From: Eledone cirrhosa
Lineage: Eukaryota
DNA: 64,000 nt
Reading direction: 5' to 3'
NCBI GenBank assembly: GCA_964016885.1
Contig: OZ024744.1
Span: 930,001-994,000, forward strand
In this document: one piece after another, positions 51,801 to 62,600 of the stretch
Layout: every line of letters starts with the position of its first letter
Position numbering within the stretch: position 1 is the stretch's first letter
Notes under the pieces: model-generated
Told to the model about the DNA's origin: nothing
Databases searched by the model: none
The model's input: only the letters and a program-made list of their open reading frames with translations
Made by a program: the position numbers and the translations under genes

Positions 51801-54800
51801 GCTTGGTGAAGAACGACGTTTTGAGGGAAGACAAGGTAGAGAAAGATAGCTTGGTGAAGAACGAAGTTTTGGGGGAAGACAAGGTAGAGAAAGATAGCTT
51901 GGTGAAGAACGAAGTTTTGAGGGAAGACAAGGTAGAGAAAGATAGCTTGATGAAGAACGAAATTTTGAGGGAAGACAAGGTAGAGAAAGATAGCTTGGTG
52001 AAGAACGAAGTTTTGAGGGAAGACAAAGTATAGAAAGATAGCTTGGTGAAGAACGAAGTTTTGGGGGAAGACAATGTAGAGAAAGATAGCTTGATGAAGA
52101 ACGAAGTTTTGGGGGAAGACAAGGTAGAGAAAGATAGCTTGGTGAAGAACGAAGTTTTGAGGGAAGACAAGGTAGAGAAAGATAGCTTGGTGAAGAACGA
52201 AGTTTTGGGGGAAGACAAGGTAGTGAAAGATAGCTTGGTGAAGAACGAAGTTTTGAGGAAAGACAAGGTAGAGAAAGATAGTTGGTGAAGAACGAAATTT
52301 TGAGCGAAGACAAGGTAGAGAAAGATAGCTTGGTGAAGAACGACGTTTTGAGGGAAGACAAGGTAGAGAAAGATAGCTTGGTGAAGAACGACGTTTTGAG
52401 GGAAGACAAGGTAGAGAAAGATAGCTTGGTGAAGAACGAAGTTTTGGGGGAAGACAAGGTAGAGAAAGATAGCTTGATGAAGTACGAAGTTTTGGGGGAA
52501 GACAAGGTAGAGAAAGATAGCTTGGTGAAGAACGACGTTTTGTGGGAAGACAAGGTAGAGAAACATAATTGGTGAAGAACGAAGTTTTGAGGGAAGACAA
52601 GGTAGAGAAAGATAGCTTGATGAAGAACGAAGTTTTGAGGGAAGACAAGGTAGAGAAAGATAGCTTGGTGAAGAACGAAGTTTTGGGGGAAGACAAGGTA
52701 GAGAAAGATAGCTTGGTGAAGAACGAAGTTTTGAGGGAAGACAAGGTAGAGAAAGATAGCTTGATGAAGTACGAAGTTTTGGGGGAAGACAAGGTAGAGA
52801 AAGATAGCTTGGTGAAGAACGAAGTTTTGAGGGAAGACAAGGTAGAGAAAGATAGCTTGATGAAGAACGAAGTTTTGAGGGAAGACAAGGTAGAGAAAGA
52901 TAGCTTGGTGAAGAACGAAGTTTTGAGGGAAGACAAGGTAGAGAAAGATAGCTTGATGAAGAACGAAGTTTTGAGGGAAGACAAGGTAGAGAAAGATAGC
53001 TTGATGAAGTACGAAGTTTTGGGGGAAGACAAGGTAGAGAAAGAAATATTGGTGAAGAACGAAGTTTTGAGGGAAGACAAGGTAGAGAAAGATAGCTTGA
53101 TGAAGAACGAAGTTTTGAGGGAAGACAAGGTAGAGAAAGATAGCTTGGTAAAGAACGAAATTTTGAGGGAGGACAAAGTATAGAAAGATAGCTTGGTGAA
53201 GAACGAAGTTTTGGGTGAAGACAATGTAGAGAAAGATAGCTTGATGAAGAACGAAGTTTTGGGGGAAGACAAGGTAGAGAAAGATAGCTTGGTGAAGAAC
53301 GAAGTTTTGAGGGAAGACAAGGTAGAGAAAGATAGCTTGGTGAAGAACGAAGTTTTGAGGGAAGACAAGGTAGAGAAAGATAGCTTGGTGAAGAACGACG
53401 TTTTGGGTGAAGACAATGTAGAGAAAGATAGCTTGATGAAGAACGAAGTTTTGGGGGAAGACAAGGTAGAGAAAGATAGCTTGGTGAAGAACGAAGTTTT
53501 GAGGGAAGACAAGGTAGAGAAAGATAGTTGGTGAAGAACGAAATTTTGAGCGAAGACAAGGTAGAGAAAGATAGCTTGGTGAAGAACGACGTTTTGAGGG
53601 AAGACAAGGTAGAGAAAGATAGCTTGGTGAAGAACGACGTTTTGAGGGAAGACAAGGTAGAGAAAGATAGCTTGGTGAAGAACGAAGTTTTGGGGGAAGA
53701 CAAGGTAGAGAAAGATAGCTTGATGAAGTACGAAGTTTTGGGGGAAGACAAGGTAGAGAAAGATAGCTTGGTGAAGAACGACGTTTTGTGGGAAGACAAG
53801 GTAGAGAAACATAGTTGGTGAAGAACGAAATTTTGGGGGAAGACAAGGTAGAGAAAGATAGCTTGGTGAAGAACGAAGTTTTGAGGGAAGACAAGGTAGA
53901 GAAAGATAGCTTGATGAAGAACGAAGTTTTGAGGGAAGACAAGGTAGAGAAAGATAGCTTGGTGAAGAACGAAGTTTTGGGGGAAGACAAGGTAGAGAAA
54001 TATAGCTCTGTGAAGAACGAAGTTTTGAGGGAAGACAAGGTAGAGAAAGATAGCTTGGTGAAGGACGAAGTTTTGGGGGAAGACAAGGTAGAGAAAGATA
54101 GCTTGGTGAAGAACGAAGTTTTGAGGGAAGACAAGGTAGAGAAAGATAGCTTGATGAAGAACGAAGTTTTGAGGGAAGACAAGGTAGAGAAAGATAGCTT
54201 GGTGAAGAACGAAGTTTTGGGGGAAGACAAGGTAGAGAAAGATAGCTTGGTGAAGAACGAAGTTTTGAGGGAAGACAAGGTAGAGAAAGATAGCTTGATG
54301 AAGAACGAAGTTTTGAGGGAAGACAAGGTAGAGAAAGATAGCTTGGTGAAGAACGAAGTTTTGAGGGAAGACAAAGTATAGAAATATAGCTTGGTGAAGA
54401 ACGAAGTTTTGGGGGAAGACGATGTAGAGAAAGATAGCTTGATGAAGAACGAAGTTTTGGGGGAAGACAAGGTAGAGAAAGATAGCTTGGTGAAGAACGA
54501 AGTTTTGAGGGAAGACAAGGTAGAGAAAGATAGCTTGGTGAAGAACGAAGTTTTGGGGGAAGACAAGGTAGAGAAAGATAGCTTGATGAAGTACGAAGTT
54601 TTGGGGGAAGACAAGGTAGAGAAAGATAGCTTGGTGAAGAACGACGTTTTGTGGGAAGACAAGGTAGAGAAACATAATTGGTGAAGAACGAAGTTTTGAG
54701 GGAAGACAAGGTAGAGAAAGATAGCTTGATGAAGAACGAAGTTTTGAGGGAAGACAAGGTAGAGAAAGATAGCTTGGTGAAGAACGAAGTTTTGGGGGAA

Positions 54801-56680
54801 GACAAGGTAGAGAAAGATAGCTTGGTGAAGAACGAAGTTTTGAGGGAAGACAAGGTAGAGAAAGATAGCTTGATGAAGTACGAAGTTTTGGGGGAAGACA
54901 AGGTAGAGAAAGATAGCTTGGTGAAGAACGAAGTTTTGAGGGAAGACAAGGTAGAGAAAGATAGCTTGATGAAGAACGAAGTTTTGAGGGAAGACAAGGT
55001 AGAGAAAGATAGCTTGGTGAAGAACGAAGTTTTGAGGGAAGACAAGGTAGAGAAAGATAGCTTGATGAAGAACGAAGTTTTGAGGGAAGACAAGGTAGAG
55101 AAAGATAGCTTGATGAAGTACGAAGTTTTGGGGGAAGACAAGGTAGAGAAAGAAATATTGGTGAAGAACGAAGTTTTGAGGGAAGACAAGGTAGAGAAAG
55201 ATAGCTTGATGAAGAACGAAGTTTTGAGGGAAGACAAGGTAGAGAAAGATAGCTTGGTAAAGAACGAAATTTTGAGGGAGGACAAAGTATAGAAAGATAG
55301 CTTGGTGAAGAACGAAGTTTTGGGTGAAGACAATGTAGAGAAAGATAGCTTGATGAAGAACGAAGTTTTGGGGGAAGACAAGGTAGAGAAAGATAGCTTG
55401 GTGAAGAACGAAGTTTTGAGGGAAGACAAGGTAGAGAAAGATAGCTTGGTGAAGAACGAAGTTTTGAGGGAAGACAAGGTAGAGAAAGATAGCTTGGTGA
55501 AGAACGACGTTTTGGGTGAAGACAATGTAGAGAAAGATAGCTTGATGAAGAACGAAGTTTTGGGGGAAGACAAGGTAGAGAAAGATAGCTTGGTGAAGAA
55601 CGAAGTTTTGAGGGAAGACAAGGTAGAGAAAGATAGTTGGTGAAGAACGAAATTTTGAGCGAAGACAAGGTAGAGAAAGATAGCTTGGTGAAGAACGACG
55701 TTTTGAGGGAAGACAAGGTAGAGAAAGATAGCTTGGTGAAGAACGACGTTTTGAGGGAAGACAAGGTAGAGAAAGATAGCTTGGTGAAGAACGAAGTTTT
55801 GGGGGAAGACAAGGTAGAGAAAGATAGCTTGATGAAGTACGAAGTTTTGGGGGAAGACAAGGTAGAGAAAGATAGCTTGGTGAAGAACGACGTTTTGTGG
55901 GAAGACAAGGTAGAGAAACATAGTTGGTGAAGAACGAAATTTTGGGGGAAGACAAGGTAGAGAAAGATAGCTTGGTGAAGAACGAAGTTTTGAGGGAAGA
56001 CAAGGTAGAGAAAGATAGCTTGATGAAGAACGAAGTTTTGAGGGAAGACAAGGTAGAGAAAGATAGCTTGGTGAAGAACGAAGTTTTGGGGGAAGACAAG
56101 GTAGAGAAATATAGCTCTGTGAAGAACGAAGTTTTGAGGGAAGACAAGGTAGAGAAAGATAGCTTGGTGAAGGACGAAGTTTTGGGGGAAGACAAGGTAG
56201 AGAAAGATAGCTTGGTGAAGAACGAAGTTTTGAGGGAAGACAAGGTAGAGAAAGATAGCTTGATGAAGAACGAAGTTTTGAGGGAAGACAAGGTAGAGAA
56301 AGATAGCTTGGTGAAGAACGAAGTTTTGGGGGAAGACAAGGTAGAGAAAGATAGCTTGGTGAAGAACGAAGTTTTGAGGGAAGACAAGGTAGAGAAAGAT
56401 AGCTTGATGAAGAACGAAGTTTTGAGGGAAGACAAGGTAGAGAAAGATAGCTTGGTGAAGAACGAAGTTTTGAGGGAAGACAAAGTATAGAAATATAGCT
56501 TGGTGAAGAACGAAGTTTTGGGGGAAGACGATGTAGAGAAAGATAGCTTGATGAAGAACGAAGTTTTGGGGGAAGACAAGGTAGAGAAAGATAGCTTGGT
56601 GAAGAACGAAGTTTTGAGGGAAGACAAGGTAGAGAAAGATAGCTTGGTGAAGAACGAAGTTTTGGGGGAAGACAAGGTGG
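50030..56680 (+). repeat. Overlapping tandem duplications, periods 1821 bp (38 monomers) and 2109 bp (44 monomers)
   Basis: 50222/52043, 50748/52569 and 51372/53193 are at +1821. 52569/54678, 53193/55302, 53815/55924 and 54391/56500 are at +2109. The marker TTGGTAAAG occurs at about 51329, 53150 and 55259. Confidence 0.85.
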
Positions 56681-59600
56681 AGAAAGATAGCTTGGTGAAG
56701 AACGAAGTTTTGAGGAAAGACAAGGTAGAGAAAGATAGTTGGTGAAGAACGAAATTTTGAGCGAAGACAAGGTAGAGAAAGATAGCTTGGTGAAGAACGA
56801 CGTTTTGAGGGAAGACAAGGTAGAGAAAGATAGCTTGGTGAAGAACGACGTTTTGAGGGAAGACAAGGTAGAGAAAGATAGCTTGGTGAAGAACGAAGTT
56901 TTGGGGGAAGACAAGGTAGAGAAAGATAGCTTGATGAAGTACGAAGTTTTGGGGGAAGACAAGGTAGAGAAAGATAGCTTGGTGAAGAACGACGTTTTGT
57001 GGGAAGACAAGGTAGAGAAACATAATTGGTGAAGAACGAAATTTTGAGGGAAGACAAGGTAGAGAAAGATAGCTTGGTGAAGAACGAAGTTTTGAGGGAA
57101 GACAAGGTAGAGAAAGATAGCTTGATGAAGAACGAAGTTTTGAGGGAAGACAAGGTAGAGAAAGATAGCTTGGTGAAGAACGAAGTTTTGGGGGAAGACA
57201 AGGTAGAGAAATATAGCTCGGTGAAGAACGAAGTTTTGAGGGAAGACAAGGTAGAGAAAGATAGCTTGGTGAAGGACGAAGTTTTGGGGGAAGACAAGGT
57301 AGAGAAAGATAGCTTGGTGAAGAACGAAGTTTTGAGGGAAGACAAGGTAGAGAAAGATAGCTTGATGAAGAACGAAGTTTTGAGGGAAGACAAGGTAGAG
57401 AAAGATAGCTTGGTGAAGAACGAAGTTTTGGGGGAAGACAAGGTAGAGAAAGATAGCTTGGTGAAGAACGAAGTTTTGAGGGAAGACAAGGTAGAGAAAG
57501 ATAGCTTGATGAAGTACGAAGTTTTGGGGGAAGACAAGGTAGAGAAAGATAGCTTGGTGAAGAACGAAGTTTTGAGGGAAGACAAGGTAGAGAAAGATAG
57601 CTTGATGAAGAACGAAGTTTTGAGGGAAGACAAGGTAGAGAAAGATAGCTTGGTGAAGAACGAAGTTTTGAGGGAAGACAAGGTAGAGAAAGATAGCTTG
57701 ATGAAGAACGAAGTTTTGAGGGAAGACAAGGTAGAGAAAGATAGCTTGGTGAAGAACGACGTTTTGGGTGAAGACAATGTAGAGAAAGATAGCTTGATGA
57801 AGAACGAAGTTTTGGGGGAAGACAAGGTAGAGAAAGATAGCTTGGTGAAGAACGAAGTTTTGAGGGAAGACAAGGTAGAGAAAGATAGTTGGTGGAGAAC
57901 GAAATTTTGAGCGAAGACAAGGTAGAGAAAGATAGCTTGGTGAAGAACGACGTTTTGAGGGAAGACAAGGTAGAGAAAGATAGCTTGGTGAAGAACGACG
58001 TTTTGAGGGAAGACAAGGTAGAGAAAGATAGCTTGGTGAAGAACGAAGTTTTGGGGGAAGACAAGGTAGAGAAAGATAGCTTGATGAAGTACGAAGTTTT
58101 GGGGGAAGACAAGGTAGAGAAAGATAGCTTGGTGAAGAACGACGTTTTGTGGGAAGACAAGGTAGAGAAACATAATTGGTGAAGAACGAAATTTTGAGGG
58201 AAGACAAGGTAGAGAAAGATAGCTTGGTGAAGAACGAAGTTTTGAGGGAAGACAAGGTAGAGAAAGATAGCTTGATGAAGAACGAAGTTTTGAGGGAAGA
58301 CAAGGTAGAGAAAGATAGCTTGGTGAAGAACGAAGTTTTGAGGGAAGACAAGGTAGAGAAAGATAGCTTGGTGAAGAACGAAGTTTTGGGGGAAGACAAG
58401 GTAGAGAAAGATAGCTTGGTGAAGAACGAAGTTTTGAGGGAAGACAAGGTAGAGAAAGATAGCTTGATGAAGAACGAAGTTTTGAGGGAAGACAAGGTAG
58501 AGAAAGATAGCTTGGTGAAGAACGAAGTTTTGAGGGAAGACAAAGTATAGAAAGATAGCTTGGTGAAGAACGAAGTTTTGCGGGAAGACGATGTAGAGAA
58601 AGATAGCTTGATGAAGAACGAAGTTTTGGGGGAAGACAAGGTAGAGAAAGATAGCTTGGTGAAGAACGAAGTTTTGAGGGAAGACAAGGTAGAGAAAGAT
58701 AGCTTGGTGAAGAACGAAGTTTTGGGGGAAGACAAGGTAGAGAAAGATAGCTTGGTGAAGAACGAAGTTTTGAGGAAAGACAAGGTAGAGAAAGATAGTT
58801 GGTGAAGAACGAAATTTTGAGCGAAGACAAGGTAGAGAAAGATAGCTTGGTGAAGAACGACGTTTTGAGGGAAGACAAGGTAGAGAAAGATAGCTTGGTG
58901 AAGAACGACGTTTTGGGGGAAGACAAGGTAGAGAAAGATAGCTTGGTGAAGAACGAAGTTTTGGGGGAAGACAAGGTAGAGAAAGATAGCTTGATGAAGT
59001 ACGAAGTTTTGGGGGAAGACAAGGTAGAGAAAGATAGCTTGGTGAAGAACGACGTTTTGTGGGAAGACAAGGTAGAGAAACATAATTGGTGAAGAACGAA
59101 ATTTTGAGGGAAGACAAGGTAGAGAAAGATAGCTTGGTGAAGAACGAAGTTTTGAGGGAAGACAAGGTAGAGAAAGATAGCTTGATGAAGAACGAAGTTT
59201 TGAGGGAAGACAAGGTAGAGAAAGATAGCTTGGTGAAGAACGAAGTTTTGGGGGAAGACAAGGTAGAGAAATATAGCTCGGTGAAGAACGAAGTTTTGGG
59301 GGAAGACAAGGTAGAGAAGGATAGCTTGGTGAAGAACGAAGTTTTGGGGGAAGACAAGGTAGAGAAAGATAGCTTGGTGAAGAACGATGTTTTGAGGGAA
59401 GACAAGGTAGAGAAAGATAGCTTGATGAAGTACGAAGTTTTGGGGGAAGACAAGGTAGAGAAAGATAGCTTGGTGAAGAACGAAGTTTTGAGGGAAGACA
59501 AGGTAGAGAAAGATAGCTTGATGAAGAACGAAGTTTTGAGGGAAGACAAGGTAGAGAAAGATAGCTTGGTGAAGAACGAAGTTTTGAGGGAAGACAAGGT

Positions 59601-62600
59601 AGAGAAAGATAGCTTGATGAAGAACGAAGTTTTGAGGGAAGACAAGGTAGAGAAAGATAGCTTGATGAAGTACGAAGTTTTGGGGGAAGACAAGGTAGAG
59701 AAAGAAATATTGGTGAAGAACGAAGTTTTGAGGGAAGACAAGGTAGAGAAAGATAGCTTGATGAAGAACGAAATTTTGAGGGAAGACAAGGTAGAGAAAG
59801 ATAGCTTGGTGAAGAACGAAATTTTGAGGGAGGACAAAGTATAGAAAGATAGCTTGGTGAAGAACGAAGTTTTGGGTGAAGACAATGTAGAGAAAGATAG
59901 CTTGATGAAGAACGAAGTTTTGGGGGAAGACAAGGTAGAGAAAGATAGCTTGGTGAAGAACGAAGTTTTGAGGGAAGACAAGGTAGAGAAAGATAGCTTG
60001 GTGAAGAACGAAGTTTTGGGGGAAGACAAGGTAGAGAAAGATAGCTTGGTGAAGAACGAAGTTTTGAGGGAAGACAAGGTAGAGAAAGATAGCTTGGTGA
60101 AGAACGAAGTTTTGGGGGAAGACAAGGTAGAGAAAGATAGCTTGATGAAGTACGAAGTTTTGGGGGAAGACAAGGTAGAGAAAGATAGCTTGGTGAAGAA
60201 CGACGTTTTGTGGGAAGACAAGGTAGAGAAACATAGTTGGTGAAGAACGAAGTTTTGAGGGAAGACAAGGTAGAGAAAGATAGCTTGATGAAGAACGAAG
60301 TTTTGAGGGAAGACAAGGTAGAGAAAGATAGCTTGGTGAAGAACGAAGTTTTGAGGGAAGACAAGGTAGAGAAAGATAGCTTGGTGAAGAACGAAGTTTT
60401 GAGGGAAGACAAGGTAGAGAAAGATAGCTTGATGAAGAACGAAGTTTTGCGGGAAGACAAGGTAGAGAAAGATAGCTTGATGAAGTACGAAGTTTTGGGG
60501 GAAGACAAGGTAGAGAAAGATAGCTTGGTGAAGAACGAAGTTTTGAGGGAAGACAAGGTAGAGAAAGATAGCTTGGTGAAGAACGAAGTTTTGAGGGAAG
60601 ACAAGGTAGAGAAAGATAGTTGGTGAAGAACGAAATTTTGAGCGAAGACAAGGTAGAGAAAGATAGCTTGGTGAAGAACGACGTTTTGAGGGAAGACAAG
60701 GTAGAGAAAGATAGCTTGGTGAAGAACGACGTTTTGAGGGAAGACAAGGTAGAGAAAGATAGCTTGGTGAAGAACGAAGTTTTGGGGGAAGACAAGGTAG
60801 AGAAAGATAGCTTGATGAAGTACGAAGTTTTGGGGGAAGACAAGGTAGAGAAAGATAGCTTGGTGAAGAACGACGTTTTGTGGGAAGACAAGGTAGAGAA
60901 ACATAGTTGGTGAAGAACGAAATTTTGGGGGAAGACAAGGTAGAGAAAGATAGCTTGGTGAAGAACGAAGTTTTGAGGGAAGACAAGGTAGAGAAAGATA
61001 GCTTGATGAAGAACGAAGTTTTGAGGGAAGACAAGGTAGAGAAAGATAGCTTGGTGAAGAACGAAGTTTTGGGGGAAGACAAGGTAGAGAAATATAGCTC
61101 TGTGAAGAACGAAGTTTTGAGGGAAGACAAGGTAGAGAAAGATAGCTTGGTGAAGGACGAAGTTTTGGGGGAAGACAAGGTAGAGAAAGATAGCTTGGTG
61201 AAGAACGAAGTTTTGAGGGAAGACAAGGTAGAGAAAGATAGCTTGATGAAGAACGAAGTTTTGAGGGAAGACAAGGTAGAGAAAGATAGCTTGGTGAAGA
61301 ACGAAGTTTTGGGGGAAGACAAGGTAGAGAAAGATAGCTTGGTGAAGAACGAAGTTTTGAGGGAAGACAAGGTAGAGAAAGATAGCTTGATGAAGAACGA
61401 AGTTTTGAGGGAAGACAAGGTAGAGAAAGATAGCTTGGTGAAGAACGAAGTTTTGAGGGAAGACAAAGTATAGAAATATAGCTTGGTGAAGAACGAAGTT
61501 TTGGGGGAAGACGATGTAGAGAAAGATAGCTTGATGAAGAACGAAGTTTTGGGGGTAGACAAGGTAGAGAAAGATAGCTTGGTGAAGAACGAAGTTTTGA
61601 GGGAAGACAAGGTAGAGAAAGATAGCTTGGTGAAGAACGAAGTTTTGGGGGAAGACAAGGTGGAGAAAGATAGCTTGGTGAAGAACGAAGTTTTGAGGAA
61701 AGACAAGGTAGAGAAAGATAGTTGGTGAAGAACGAAATTTTGAGCGAAGACAAGGTAGAGAAAGATAGCTTGGTGAAGAACGACGTTTTGAGGGAAGACA
61801 AGGTAGAGAAAGATAGCTTGGTGAAGAACGACGTTTTGAGGGAAGACAAGGTAGAGAAAGATAGCTTGGTGAAGAACGAAGTTTTGGGGGAAGACAAGGT
61901 AGAGAAAGATAGCTTGATGAAGTACGAAGTTTTGGGGGAAGACAAGGTAGAGAAAGATAGCTTGGTGAAGAACGACGTTTTGTGGGAAGACAAGGTAGAG
62001 AAACATAATTGGTGAAGAACGAAATTTTGAGGGAAGACAAGGTAGAGAAAGATAGCTTGGTGAAGAACGAAGTTTTGAGGGAAGACAAGGTAGAGAAAGA
62101 TAGCTTGATGAAGAACGAAGTTTTGAGGGAAGACAAGGTAGAGAAAGATAGCTTGGTGAAGAACGAAGTTTTGGGGGAAGACAAGGTAGAGAAATATAGC
62201 TCGGTGAAGAACGAAGTTTTGAGGGAAGACAAGGTAGAGAAAGATAGCTTGGTGAAGGACGAAGTTTTGGGGGAAGACAAGGTAGAGAAAGATAGCTTGG
62301 TGAAGAACGAAGTTTTGAGGGAAGACAAGGTAGAGAAAGATAGCTTGATGAAGAACGAAGTTTTGAGGGAAGACAAGGTAGAGAAAGATAGCTTGGTGAA
62401 GAACGAAGTTTTGGGGGAAGACAAGGTAGAGAAAGATAGCTTGGTGAAGAACGAAGTTTTGAGGGAAGACAAGGTAGAGAAAGATAGCTTGATGAAGTAC
62501 GAAGTTTTGGGGGAAGACAAGGTAGAGAAAGATAGCTTGGTGAAGAACGAAGTTTTGAGGGAAGACAAGGTAGAGAAAGATAGCTTGATGAAGAACGAAG

